A DNA stretch of 53,987 bases from Phoronis australis. Taxonomy: Eukaryota; Animalia; Phoronida. The stretch is taken from assembly GCA_002633005.1 (NCBI GenBank), contig NMRA01001096.1:1-53987 (forward strand). Direction: 5' to 3'. Shown one piece after another: positions 24,815-36,720 of the stretch. The notes beneath the pieces were generated by a model, which had not been told where the DNA came from, ran no database searches, and was given only the letters and a program-made list of their open reading frames with translations. Made by a program: the position numbers and the translations under genes. The first letter of the stretch is position 1, and every line of letters begins with the position of its first letter.

Positions 24815-24990
24815 TCTCTGCTTGAAGGGCCAAGGTTGGAGGGCGTCAAACTCTCCACGCATGACGACAAAGAACAGTGACACGTGCGTTCCCTTGCCAC
24901 TGCCATCTCCATTGGGATAAAGGCGACAACACATACGGTACCCAGTTGGGCTGGTATAGAAACATGATGAGTACAAACTGAGGGTGCGAC
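24815..24990 (-). CDS. TRAF2: TRAF2-like MATH exon
   Basis: GRTLSLYSSCFYTSPTGYRMCCRLYPNGDGSGKGTHVSLFFVVMRGEFDALQPWPFKQR; ttacag acceptor, gtgagt donor; phase 1 to 0. Confidence 0.93.
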
Positions 24991-25029
24991 CTGTAATAAC
25001 AGAAACTATCACAGTGATATGAAGTGTTA

Positions 25030-25643
25030 ATAATGCCTATCACTGTGTGTAATGCTATAGGTATGCCTATCCTTGTATACAGTGCTATAGGCTTGCCCAT
25101 CATTGAGTGTAGTGCTTTAGGAATACTTAGCATTGCATACAGTGCTACAGGCTTGCCCATCATTGAGTGTAGTGCTTTAGGAACGCTTAGCATTGCATAC
25201 AGTGCTATAGGCTTGCCCATCATTGAGTGTAGTGCTTTAGGAACGCTTAGCATTGCATACAGTGCTATAGGCTTGCCCATCATTGAGTGTAGTGCTTTAG
25301 GAACGCTTAGCATTGCATACAGTGCTATAGGCTTGCCCATCATTGAGTGTAGTGCTTTAGGAACGCTTAGCATTGCATACAGTGCTATAGGCTTGCCCAT
25401 CATTGAGTGTAGTGCTTTAGGAACGCTTAGCATTGCATACAGTGCTATAGGCTTGCCCATCATTGAGTGTAGTGCTTTAGGAACGCTTAGCATTGCATAC
25501 AGTGCTATAGGCTTGCCCATCATTGAGTGTAGTGCTTTAGGAACGCTTAGCATTGCATACAGTGCTATAGGCTTGCCCATCATTGAGTGTAGTGCTTTAG
25601 GAACGCTTAGCATTGCATACAGTGCTATAGGCTTGCCCATCAT
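25030..25643. repeat. 60-bp minisatellite (dimer of 30-bp subunits), ~10 copies, running into the assembly gap
   Basis: Unit agtgctataggcttgcccatcattgagtgtagtgctttaggaacgcttagcattgcatac repeated nearly perfectly. Confidence 0.97.
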
Positions 25644-26391
25644 NNNNNNNNNNNNNNNNNNNNNNNNNNNNNNNNNNNNNNNNNNNNNNNNNNNNNNNNN
25701 NNNNNNNNNNNNNNNNNNNNNNNNNNNNNNNNNNNNNNNNNNNNNNNNNNNNNNNNNNNNNNNNNNNNNNNNNNNNNNNNNNNNNNNNNNNNNNNNNNNN
25801 NNNNNNNNNNNNNNNNNNNNNNNNNNNNNNNNNNNNNNNNNNNNNNNNNNNNNNNNNNNNNNNNNNNNNNNNNNNNNNNNNNNNNNNNNNNNNNNNNNNN
25901 NNNNNNNNNNNNNNNNNNNNNNNNNNNNNNNNNNNNNNNNNNNNNNNNNNNNNNNNNNNNNNNNNNNNNNNNNNNNNNNNNNNNNNNNNNNNNNNNNNNN
26001 NNNNNNNNNNNNNNNNNNNNNNNNNNNNNNNNNNNNNNNNNNNNNNNNNNNNNNNNNNNNNNNNNNNNNNNNNNNNNNNNNNNNNNNNNNNNNNNNNNNN
26101 NNNNNNNNNNNNNNNNNNNNNNNNNNNNNNNNNNNNNNNNNNNNNNNNNNNNNNNNNNNNNNNNNNNNNNNNNNNNNNNNNNNNNNNNNNNNNNNNNNNN
26201 NNNNNNNNNNNNNNNNNNNNNNNNNNNNNNNNNNNNNNNNNNNNNNNNNNNNNNNNNNNNNNNNNNNNNNNNNNNNNNNNNNNNNNNNNNNNNNNNNNNN
26301 NNNNNNNNNNNNNNNNNNNNNNNNNNNNNNNNNNNNNNNNNNNNNNNNNNNNNNNNNNNNNNNNNNNNNNNNNNNNNNNNNNNNNNNNNNN
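25644..26391. other. Assembly gap (N run)
   Basis: 748 N. Confidence 1.
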
Positions 26392-26930
26392 TTTAAAATT
26401 TTATGAAAATCTGTTGAGGACCTTTAAAAATACTGAGTTAAACGTAAAAAATTAAATTGCCACTAGGGGGCACAGCAGTAGTCAGATCTGTCTGAAAGTA
26501 GTCGTCATCTATAGTCAACATCATATAAAAACACTTGCTAAATTAAGTAAAGATCCTGCGAACGGTTTAGGAGATACAGCCTTAGGCGCAACAAAAACAA
26601 AACTGCCACTAGGAGGCGCCACAGTAGTCGAAATCGTCCGAAAATCATCGTCAACCGTCCTCTTTATAGTAAGCACATACATGCCAATTTTCACAATCAT
26701 CCTTTGAGCAGTTTGGTTGGTAGAGGGGTGGGCGCAAAAAACAGTACCATCAAATCCATCTGAAAATGGGGTGATAGCGTCATCTCACTAATAGGTGCCT
26801 ATATACCAAATTTTATGAAAATTCGAAAACACTAAAAATGGCCGCTAGGTGGCGCAAACTATGTCCAATCCATCCGAAAACGGAAGGATAGCGTTACCTC
26901 ACTAGTAGGTGCCTACATATTAAATTTCCA
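26392..26930. repeat. Degenerate tandem-structured repeat carrying CTCF-like motifs
   Basis: Recurring aaattttatgaaaat...gccactagggggc...tccgaaaa units; related units at ~32030-32270. Confidence 0.55.
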
Positions 26931-26949
26931 GACACAGAAAATAAACACC

Positions 26950-27140
26950 TCAGTGATTAGGATTAAGGACCAATGGGTAGAAGAGGGTGAAACTAATTCT
27001 AAATATTTTCTTAGTCTCGAAAAACATAGCTATTGTAAAAAAACATCGTGGAGTTATGTCATAATGACCAGACGGTTACTGATCCAGGCAAAATTTTTTG
27101 GAAGACATTTCCATAAAACTGCATTTACAGAGCAAAAATG
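26950..27140 (+). mobile_element. L1/Tx1-clade LINE ORF2 fragment
   Basis: IRIKDQWVEEGETNSKYFLSLEK matches the post-endonuclease W.E.GEK.TKYF..LEK motif. Confidence 0.7.
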
Positions 27141-27761
27141 AGGGTGTGGTTTATTAACAGAAAAGGAATCCATTGAGCATTTTGAAGGAGACTTGATATG
27201 AAGTTAACAAGCTGAAAACAGCGATTTTAGATGTAGTTCATTCCTTCCAATACGTTTCCTTATTGTAATTTGGAGCAAACTAGCCACCCACACTCTGTCC
27301 ACTCAGATACATGGACAGATCAGTTGTTTCACATGCTCTTGATTCACATCTCATTAAACTTGACAGTACGCGCCATCAGACTCAGAATACATTGAATTCC
27401 TCGCGGCCCACACGGATTTCTCACTAGCTTGCTAACAGCGTTCTCTTCATAACAAATATTTTTTCATGAGCAGTACTTCTTCTGTCAAATGATTTTCATC
27501 TCATGAACACATCAGTTTCCTTACTCATGAACCACAAAGTGCTGACAGTCACGTCAGGAGGAGTGAGAACAAACAGCATAGAATGGATTCATAAGAAAAG
27601 TAATGTTCGTATGAAAACAACTCTGGTTCACAAGATAGGAATACAAATTGATAGCTAACAAATATGTTCGTGGGAAATAACGCTGTAAGTGAGAATGCCC
27701 GTACAATAAGTGATGAAGATCCCTGAAGTAGAGCCAAGTACTCAATACCCTAGTCACGTGC

Positions 27762-27940
27762 CTGTAGTCTAAGGTTCTGTTCAGCCAAGGCGATGTCCTT
27801 CAGTGCCAACTCCCGCTCCATCTTAGCAATGGTTGACTGCATCTTTGCCAGATCATCGCGTTCCTTTCGCTGCTGATCCTCGTGTGCGGCCATCACACGA
27901 TCAACGCGCTCTAAGTCCTGGTGCATTGCCGACATGATGG
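27762..27940 (-). CDS. TRAF2: TRAF2-like coiled-coil exon
   Basis: IMSAMHQDLERV...MERELALKDIALAEQNLRLQ (compare TRAF2 KDLAMA); ttccag acceptor; donor inferred as non-canonical CAG|GCACGT. Confidence 0.85.
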
Positions 27941-28372
27941 CTGGAAGGAAGTCAAGAGAATAAAGTAAAGTGGTGACTTAGAGCCACGCAACAACCTCAA
28001 TATTAATTACCAAATAATGTTAGGTCAACTAAACACCCAGTCTCCTTCAACCAGAACTCTTCTCAATTTCCATTGCACCACTGATACCTCTTTTCTCCAA
28101 TTGGCACTACCTCTAAAAATTAGTACTACCCACATGATCAAATTTAGGCAGATTTTGCTAGATGTTCTAGAGCCCAGTCTCTAGACAAACAGACAGAATT
28201 TAAGAAAACAGCCTGGGACAGAAGTGTCCCGTTTCTTAAAATAAATAAAGCCAAATACGAATAATTTTTCAGCAGATATAATCCTCACTTTGGCCCACCA
28301 GAACATACTATACATTACAAGTTACACATGCTGAGTAACACTCCCAAATCACAGCCATCATCCCATACTTAC

Positions 28373-28481
28373 CATCCAAGGAGAATATCTTGGTTTCCAA
28401 CACATGGTACTTTGGATCTGATCCTGACAGATCAGACAAAGCACTCAGCAGACCCTTGGATGATGCGCCCTTAGATGAAGC
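28373..28481 (-). CDS. TRAF2: TRAF2-like coiled-coil exon
   Basis: ASSKGASSKGLLSALSDLSGSDPKYHVLETKIFSLD; cag acceptor, gtaagt donor; phase 0 to 1 matches neighbours. Confidence 0.8.
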
Positions 28482-28906
28482 CTGACAACGGAAGACGGGA
28501 GTCAACATGTAGTCATAAAAACAAAATAACAAAATATTCAACATGTATGTGAATTCTTATGCAATGGAGACAATGTTAACAAAGCCCCACAACCCATTAA
28601 TTACAATGGTTTTACCTTCTGCACAATGTCTGGAGTCTTTATTCTGCAGAACAGTTGCATTTTACCTACAACTGTTTCTACAAGATGGTCAATTTTTCAC
28701 CTAAAATTACACTATTCTGTTAATGAATAGTTACTCTATTCATCTCAACATTTACTGTATTTACAACTCAAGGATACATGATCAGCCTCGGTTGTTTGTA
28801 CCTTCTATTACTGCACTTTTCACAAGCCATTTGGATGACAGTACGTATACACAGGCAACAAGAAGAATGAATAAAACTGCCACCCCCCAGATGAGACAGC
28901 CCTCAC

Positions 28907-29149
28907 CTCATTACTCACTGCCATATTCTGCACACGTGACTGCAGCTGACGCACAGTTTCAGTCATTTCTTCAATACGTCTGCTAACCACCTTGCTCTCT
29001 GCAGGTGCACATGCAATGGTCGCTGATGCAGAAGCGCCACCTTCTGTCAAGGCACCAAAGTCCGCAGCTGCACGCAAGCGTTCCAGGAGGGACTCAACAT
29101 GCTGTACGACACATTTCTTGTTGTGGGACTGTACATTATCTGACTTGAT
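28907..29149 (-). CDS. TRAF2: TRAF2-like exon (end of ZF5, linker)
   Basis: IKSDNVQSHNKKCVVQHVESLLERL...QLQSRVQNMAVSNE; ttttag acceptor, gtgagg donor; 243 bp. Confidence 0.85.
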
Positions 29150-29599
29150 CTAAAACAACCACCACTAATGCATTACATTATTATCGCCCAATGAGAGGAC
29201 CACTCAGCCTTCATAGGGTCCCATCCTCTAGTGCAAAACACTTGCTGATGAGTGTATTTATTCCATTTTTTGAAACTCATTTTAAGTTTTTGACTTTTGT
29301 AGGATGGTTGCTTAAGCACACTTGCACTAAAAAGCATGTTGCATGCTTTCAGTTCTAGTGCACTCATCAGACAAGCCATCTGTGATATCACTGAATGTTT
29401 ACAAGCCAACGGCTATCTCACAATGCACTTGAAACGGCAATGTAGATGAAATCCCCCGAACTACACAGTATGCAACAGAACAGTTTAGATCACCAGAGGT
29501 TCATACTATTAAGAAGTGTTCGCCCAAGGCTGTGTTTTTGTGTCATTTGACACAACCAAACTATAAAAGACACAAATTGACTCAATGAGTGCATCATCT

Positions 29600-30124
29600 T
29601 GGCCTCAACATTTTGTTCAAGAGTTGTAATAAAGCTCCAGAGACGCTGTCACACCTTTTTTGGGAATTCAGCTTTGTAGAAGATTTCTGGAAGGAATTCG
29701 GAAAGCTACTTCAAAAGTGTCGCATTCAGCTTCCCAACTGTCTGTCTTACGATAGTTTTATTCTTGGACTTTACAAGACGCATGATTTTCTATTTAACAT
29801 TTTGCTTCTACTAGCTAAACAGTACATTTACAAGGAGAGATGTCACAAAAATATACCAGATTTTCTCAAGTTCGTTACAAAAACTTATGAATACTATAAT
29901 GCTGAAAAATTAAATGCACAAAAAAACTTTGTATATGACAGCTTCTCTGCGAAATGGGAAAATTTTATTGTTCATGTTAACTTCATGTAGAAGATATTTA
30001 CTTTAAACGAGATATGAGAATGGTCTTCCTGAGGTGTGCATGCGTGAATGAATGGTGTACTTATTTGTTTGTTTGTTTTTGTAATTGTTTGTAAATGATA
30101 ATAATAAATACATAAAAAAAAAAA
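29600..30124 (+). mobile_element. L1/Tx1-clade LINE 3' end with poly(A)
   Basis: CNKAPETLSHLFWE..V..FW...NILLLLAKQYIYK...KW; AATAAA followed by an A-run at ~30104-30124. Confidence 0.8.
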
Positions 30125-30580
30125 CTAAAAAATAAATATTTGGTTCTTTTCTTTGATTACCATACCATACCTTTCTTTCATAACAGCACCACTATATTGT
30201 TTCATTTCCAAAGTCAAATGCACGGCATCGTTGCTCCTTAAGTAGGTCATCACAATGTAGGTCAGAATATCCTCTTACAACTGGTCCGAAGGGGGTCGAC
30301 TCAATAACACAGTCACAGAAATGACGTCAAAACAGACAAGTATGAAAGAACAAAAGCTTGCCTCATACTTTGCTCGTGTGTTTTTAAAGACTTCGGGACC
30401 AAGTTTCATAGACCTCAAAAAATTCAAATAAACCCCAAAAATATTGGAAGGTGGGTCCAATGGACCCAAGTTTTTGAAAGAGTAGGGTGAACACTGCTAA
30501 GCATCATGCCACATACAGGTGTAGCCTACATTAAAGAACACACTAAGGCATGTTTTCCCTGGTGAGAGTAGTGGTCATAC

Positions 30581-30658
30581 CATATCTTTGCAACCATATA
30601 TGCACGGAGCGTATTGGCGGCTACAGTTCCCCTTCACTGGATCTTGGTGAGCAGACAT
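30581..30658 (-). CDS. TRAF2: TRAF2-like zinc-finger exon (not in the ORF track)
   Basis: MSAHQDPVKGNCSRQYAPCIYGCKDM; cttacag acceptor, gtatga donor; 78 bp. Confidence 0.85.
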
Positions 30659-30874
30659 CTGTAAGAACAGAGCAAATTAACCTGGGGACATTAATACTAT
30701 TCATAGCCATGGCTATAGCCATAGCCACTGCCATACCCCTAACTTTAACCCTAGCCCTAGTAATAAAAGCTGCATGTTTATGGGTGGCTCACTCTGATAA
30801 GGAGATGTGTAAACAAGTTGTTTCGTGTATGAATTCATCACAGCTTCCGTACACAACACATATGGAAATCTCAC

Positions 30875-31108
30875 CTGGTCTCGTGGAATACTTGTCCCGC
30901 ATCCCGAACATTTCATTTTCACTTTTGGACAGACCTCCAGGTGGCTCTTCAGCTCAGCAATGGCCACATCAGCACCGCACTCTTTACATCTGTCCTTTCT
31001 CATTGAACAGAGTGAAGCCATATGAAAGTCGCGGTCCCTTAACATGATAGTTTCTCCACAGCCCTGAGGGCACGCTATCGATACATATTGGCACTTAGTC
31101 TCATGCTC
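30875..31108 (-). CDS. TRAF2: TRAF2-like zinc-finger exon
   Basis: EHETKCQYVSIACPQGCGE...H....CSMRKDRCKECG...H...CPKVKMKCSGCG; cag acceptor, gtgaga donor; 234 bp. Confidence 0.92.
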
Positions 31109-31534
31109 CTGGTGAATAAAATTTAACATAATAACACAAAAGGATCAACAATCACAAGACCATGTGCTCGGCCCAGTGGCAGATGCACTGGTAAAAACAT
31201 CATGAAGCAATTACAAATGTAAATCAAATCAAAGTCACAGCCTATTTCCAAATCATACTCATTTACATCAGATTTCCAGCATCTTTATAAAAGAAACAGA
31301 ATTAGTTATTAATATTTTAATCTCTGTTGTTACACACCGACGCCAGGGGTAGTGAGAGCGTACAGAACAGAAAGGATGTATAAGAAAAGTAATGTTCGAA
31401 TAAAAAGAACTGTGGTTTACGAGATAAAAATACAATTTGATAGTTAACTATCTTTTGAACATTCCCATGACATACTTATCAACATTTTACTTGAACACAG
31501 TTCAAAACAGTGAACATAAATCATCTCTTCTTAC

Positions 31535-31633
31535 AATGTACTCTCTATATTTTCCTTTCCAGTCGCAGTGTTTGTTGGGGCATTTCACATCCAATCGGTT
31601 TAAATCTCGCCTGATGGCGTTGTCTGGAAACAA
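31535..31633 (-). CDS. TRAF2: TRAF2-like exon (post-RING helix, ZF1; not in the ORF track)
   Basis: LFPDNAIRRDLNRLDVKCPNKHCDWKGKYREYI (compare TRAF2 AFPDNAARRE); tag acceptor, gtaag donor. Confidence 0.92.
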
Positions 31634-32907
31634 CTATGAAAGAGAAAAGCGAACTTCTGAATCAATTACAAGCCTAGTTAGCCAGCAGAAGCACAGGTCG
31701 TTAACAGGTGACAGCTGCTAAAAAGCAAACATATGTATGCTTCAACCCTCATACTTCATTCAACTTCATACAAACAACAAATTTTTACTTACTGATATAT
31801 TTACGCAAGAAGATACTTAAAATCCATAAAACTTTCCACAAAGATGTTAAGCATGACAAACAACATTGGTTTTATTATAATAAATTTCCGTTAAAAACAA
31901 CATTATAAAGAATATTTATTTTTATTTTCTTTTATTTTTGTTTATTTTCATTTTTACAATACAAACACAAGAGCTGAAATGCAGTCACAACTGCTCTGCA
32001 AACAGTATATTTCTAGGGTGAGTTTAACAAAAAATGCCACAAGGGGACGCAACATATGTCAAATCAGACTGAAGCAAGGGAAGTGCTGTTGTCTCCTTGA
32101 AAGAAAGTTTTTGCAGAAAGTTCGTGAACATACATCAACGAGGGTGGTAGATATATATCATCTTGAAAACAGAAACCTATGAGCCAAATTTCGTGAAAAT
32201 TCGTCTAGTAATGTGAAACAGATGGAGACAAACATGGAAAACTAAAATTGCCACAGGGAGACGGTACTTGAATCTGTCCAGAAACTTGCTCAAACAGTCT
32301 CATCCACGACGGGATTTTGGAAATACAACAGCAGATGCCAGATGTCGATGCAATAAAACCAAAAAATGTAGTAAACTTCAGAGTTTTATTCTTTTTATAT
32401 TTCCTAGTTTACCTGACTCTGAATGAGCACTTTATTATTGTTCAGGTCAAACAACCTCATACACGCCTGTGAACTAACAAATGCAAACAAAGTCCCTTCA
32501 TCAGCCACCTGCCTCAGACCAACAATACAAGCATTATAGACAATGAAAGAAAAGATTGATGTTCTCCAGCTTACACTAGACAGGTAACACGTCTGTAAAT
32601 ATTTACTTACAATGTTTTTACGGGTATTTACAGACACCAGGTAATAGACATATCAAAACATAACTTTTGGTAGTTGCTACACCAAAATATAAATATGTGG
32701 GTGCATAAAAAGCAAAATGTAGTGCAGGTGTTCACAAAAACTACTAAGGCCAGGTTATAAAAGTCAGCAGAACACGAGGATAAATCTCTTCAACCACTCG
32801 CCACTTTCAGAAAAGTTTGTTGTGATTTGGGAAACGTCAACCTCCAGCATTGGGAGATTAGCACAACTCCATCTCAGCTGATTATACACCAACCGGTGCC
32901 ATCTTAC

Positions 32908-32977
32908 CGTCTCAATAGACAACATGCTGGATTCTTCCTCCAACTCTTCCTTGACACAGATGGGACACTGCGTTGGA
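32908..32977 (-). CDS. TRAF2: TRAF2-like exon completing the RING
   Basis: (S)PTQCPICVKEELEEESSMLSIET; tttcag acceptor, gtaag donor; phase 2 matches the RING exon. Confidence 0.88.
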
Positions 32978-33523
32978 CTGAAACAAACAACACAACTGCA
33001 TGTGTAATCGCAATGTCACAATACACTCATCTTGCATTACCTTGCAACACACAACGCATGGATACAAACAGCATACAGTGTGCAATTAAAATATTGTATT
33101 TTGCCTCCTTGAGAAAGTTTTTTACTCACATGTCTGAAAGGGGACTGTAGTGGAGGAGACAACAAGGTAGTTCTAACATGTTAGATACGTAAAGACAAAT
33201 TTTCAAAAAAGGCAATTGTCTGAAAACATATTGATGAAATAATTAGTACAGACAGCTTCATTTCAGTTGCCCAAAATTTGTACATTTATACTTTTAAAGC
33301 CGTGGGGTCAAACTTGTTTACATGTATTTTCACATCAATGTCTATTTTTAGATGATATTTATCACTTTGATTCTGGGGTCAATGCACTCAAAAGATTCAA
33401 CGAATTTCAGAGATCAGATTGCAACAGTCAATTATATGATTAGATAACATCATTTGTTTTTTATTAGCTAATCGTTAAGTAAGTACATTATTATAATTTG
33501 GGCAGAAGTCTGGAAAATACTCA

Positions 33524-33872
33524 TGTGGGATTTAGTAGTTGAAGCTAAGGGACTTGCTACAATGTACAGAAGAAATTGTACAAGAGAGCCATCTCACAGA
33601 AGATTCTAAAGAGGATCTTGGCAAGGGCAAGAGTTAGCGTACAGGAAGTTAACTAAAAGCTTGTTACGTGCATCGTGGGTAATAAGATAGTGCCTGCAAG
33701 TGTTGCATCACGAAAGACTGTGAACAGCGAAAGGAATCATGGGTAGCAAGACACTGCCTGCAAGTGTTATGTCACAAAGAAATGTCACCATCAAGTACAC
33801 TGTCGCGGTAGAGTGTGTTAGTTCGAGGATCGACCAACAGAACTGTCATCTAACGAGTGTCGAGTCCTAACA
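33524..33872 (+). repeat. Possible LTR remnant
   Basis: TGTGGGA...TCCTAACA termini followed by a tgg; no TSD found. Confidence 0.3.
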
Positions 33873-34399
33873 GCTTTTATGGCAGATAAAACATTTGATT
33901 ATTTTTGGTTAAGCGACTGAAATTATCCTTATAGAAGGTGTTAGCGTAGTTTCTCTTCTTCATTTTTAGTCTATTTAATTAACAGCAGGTTTCCCTTGTT
34001 TTAATTTGTGGTTATCATATCATAAACTAATTACTGGATTTAACCCTTCTCTCTCCATCTACCTACAATCACAAAGCTTAACTACCATTAAAACAAACAA
34101 ACCATCAACTTCTGACACCAATATTCTACCAGAACAGAATGATGTTATCAACACACCTGGATTAAAAAATAATGATCCTGTTTCTTGCACACCTTCATAA
34201 ACACTTGTAGAGCCAAATTGAAGAAATATGCTGTTTAGTAACACCACTTAAGAAAACACCATCAGACAATCCTCGTTAACAAATATTGCTAGTGCAAGAC
34301 CCTTAACCCCATGCCACACACAAATTACTGTATTCGCCCTAATAAGCGCCCGGGGCACTTAGAAAAATTCATTTCAGGGGAGGGGGGGGCTTACTGAAG

Positions 34400-34946
34400 C
34401 CTAAGGCGGTTGAAACCCGGTCGATTAAGTAGGTGAAATCGGAAGCTATGATTCATCAAATTAAGGCTCTGTGACGTATCTGTCAGGGTTTGGAATGACC
34501 AATGACAAAAAACGCGGAAACTTTTACAGCCCAAATCATGCCCGATAACCAGCCTTTGAAATGGTCCAAAAAAAACGTTACCACCATCAGTAGCATGCTT
34601 CTGCGTCCTTTTCGCTCGCCCGTCCACTCCCAACCCACACAATTTTGGCTGCAGAGCGGTAGTATTTGTCGCCGCGCTTAACAATAACACGAGCCGCCAT
34701 TGAAAATCACACCACTCTTTACCCAGATGCCCCGGCAATGTTGACAATTTACGTTCCTCCGGAACATAAAGAGCAACTTCCGCTTTCCAAGGTGAATGTC
34801 GTCTGCAACGCCGCGGTAAGAAAGGAATTTGCCGCGGAAATTTCATATCAAATCCGATTTTTTTACGCGGAAATATTATAAAAAAAGCGGAAAGCACATT
34901 TCAAAAAAGCGGAAATCCGCGTTTCCGCGGAAAATTCCAAGCCTTG
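34400..34946 (-). mobile_element. hAT-like DNA transposon 5' end fragment
   Basis: Terminus CAAGGCTTGGAATTTTCCGCGG with repeated CCGCGG/GCGGAA subterminal motifs; decayed VFCHW..QTL...LMNH zinc-finger-like residues. Confidence 0.35.
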
Positions 34947-35841
34947 ATCTGTAACCTACAACACTCTTTACAAAAATGTAGTGCATTGCTATCACACAGT
35001 GTTGTTAAATTACGATCATTTTTCAGAAAATTCCAGGGTGAAAACTCGCCGACTCATGCATCGCTGCCTCGCGATCGTCAATAGACCAACTTAAATTCTT
35101 GAATAAAAATACTGTTTCAACTCATCAAAATACCTTAAATCCACCTTAAGTTTTTCAAATATCGTCCCTAAGATTTTTAAGTTCCTGTGGAGTCGGAACT
35201 AACCGCAGGTTAAGTCCAAATCTGCGCTAGATCGTAGCCCGGAACACAAGAAAAATCTCTGGACGAACACACCTATTGCTGTCACGTGATGTTTGTTTTG
35301 AAGATTGTCTGTGTGTGTGTGTGTGAGAGCGAATGCGTGCGTATCATCGAGTTCATTTGCAAGTCGAGAGTAAATGCAATGTAATGATTTGGGTGCGCAC
35401 TGTAACTGAAGAAATGAACACCAGACGTTTGAGAATTGTCTTGGTAAGGACGATATTAAATGTCATTGAAATGGCGGGTGACTGGATGTGTGACAGTCTA
35501 ACGGTTATTTTCCGGGAGATTCGGTATAAAGGTGCGCAAGTGCTCACTATCAGTGGGTCATTTTATCGGAAATTTGACTTTAAAAAGATGAATTATGATT
35601 AATTAAATAATTCCTCTTATAAATGATGCAGAAGTTTTTTACGATTATAGTAGAAACTTTTGGAAATTAGAGCCAATATTTATTTCTTGCCTATGCTATG
35701 CTATCCGTGTTATGAATAGATAATTCCCAAAGACTAATGTCTGTGATGACAGGCATGTAGGGCGCACTTCCTGGTCACGTGCTTTTAACACAGGTCAAAT
35801 TTTTTTATTAGTCTTTGATTCGCAGTTTTCAAGTGCAGGCC

Positions 35842-36057
35842 TATAAAGAAATTTCAGTTCCTGTTCAGGGAGAAGATGCGGAATCTGTACCGGAAAGATA
35901 CAATCCTGTTAACAAGTACACTGCGTCTGTCCTGAAAGACCAGACCACAGTGGGACATGTTTTTCACAAGATCACCTAAACTTATGTGTTTTTTTGAAGA
36001 AAAGCGGAAGATTGAAGTGTATAGTCATTGCTGAATATCGACATAGCAGCGATATGA
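35842..36057 (+). pseudogene. HIRAN-like domain remnant (transposon accessory ORF)
   Basis: YKEISVPVQGE....PERYNPVNKYTASVLKDQTTVGHV, then after a frameshift FLKKSGRLKCIVIAEYRHSSD. Confidence 0.5.
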
Positions 36058-36440
36058 AAGCTAAATAAGATGATATGACAAACTCTATAATATCAATTTG
36101 ACTTAAAGGCGAAAGCAACCTTTTTTCATGTCATTTTGAGCTAAAATAAGGTTGGTTGGTTATCCTAGACATATTTTTCACTTAATTACAGCTTTTCATA
36201 ATTTTATTAATTACTCGTCCGCTACTCCGGAAGTGACGTTTTAGGAGGCAAGCGTTTCCCGCCACTCGGTTTTGCGTTGACTTTACCGTGCGAATCTGTT
36301 CTATTCTACTTTTGTTTTGTGCTGTTTTTCAACAATTGTCGCCATCACTTTCCATCGGCGAGTATTCTGCGGCAAGATAGGTTAGTACAGAACTCAACTA
36401 CGTTGGATTTAGGGATTGTTTAGTGTGTTGTAAGCTGAAA

Positions 36441-36720
36441 ATGGCTGGAGTCGGTGACCCGTATCACAGTGACAGTAGTGTGAGTGAAAGAAACCTTGTT
36501 CACAGAAGTGGTGACGAGGAATTTTTTCACGGACATTCAGTGGGTGGGTACATGTTTGAGCCCAAGTATAACGAGGCAGAGTACGCACAGGCACAGGCAG
36601 CTGTTGAGAGAAACGAGGCGGCTACTGAGGACAGACGTGGTGACACATCTTGGTGCAAATGCACTGTGTGCGTTGTTCTGCCTACCTCAATTGAATGCTT
36701 GTGCTGTTCCGAGTTCCACA
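36441..36720 (+). pseudogene. KolX N-terminal stub (P2X7 cytoplasmic ballast-like Cys-rich domain)
   Basis: GYMFEP...RRGDTSWCKCTVCVVLPTSIECLCCSE. Confidence 0.75.

Noticed and set aside
24846-26406. Long ORFs of 265 aa (-) and 460 aa (+) with 20-aa repeats
   Set aside because: Artefacts of the stop-free 60-bp minisatellite and the N gap, inside a TRAF intron
26915-26945. Minus-strand VWKF as the missing TRAF MATH exon
   Set aside because: Followed quickly by a stop, lacks YDG and suitable splice sites, and sits at a repeat junction
30550-31047. 165-aa plus-strand ORF
   Set aside because: Antisense to two TRAF exons and a low-complexity intron; no domain features
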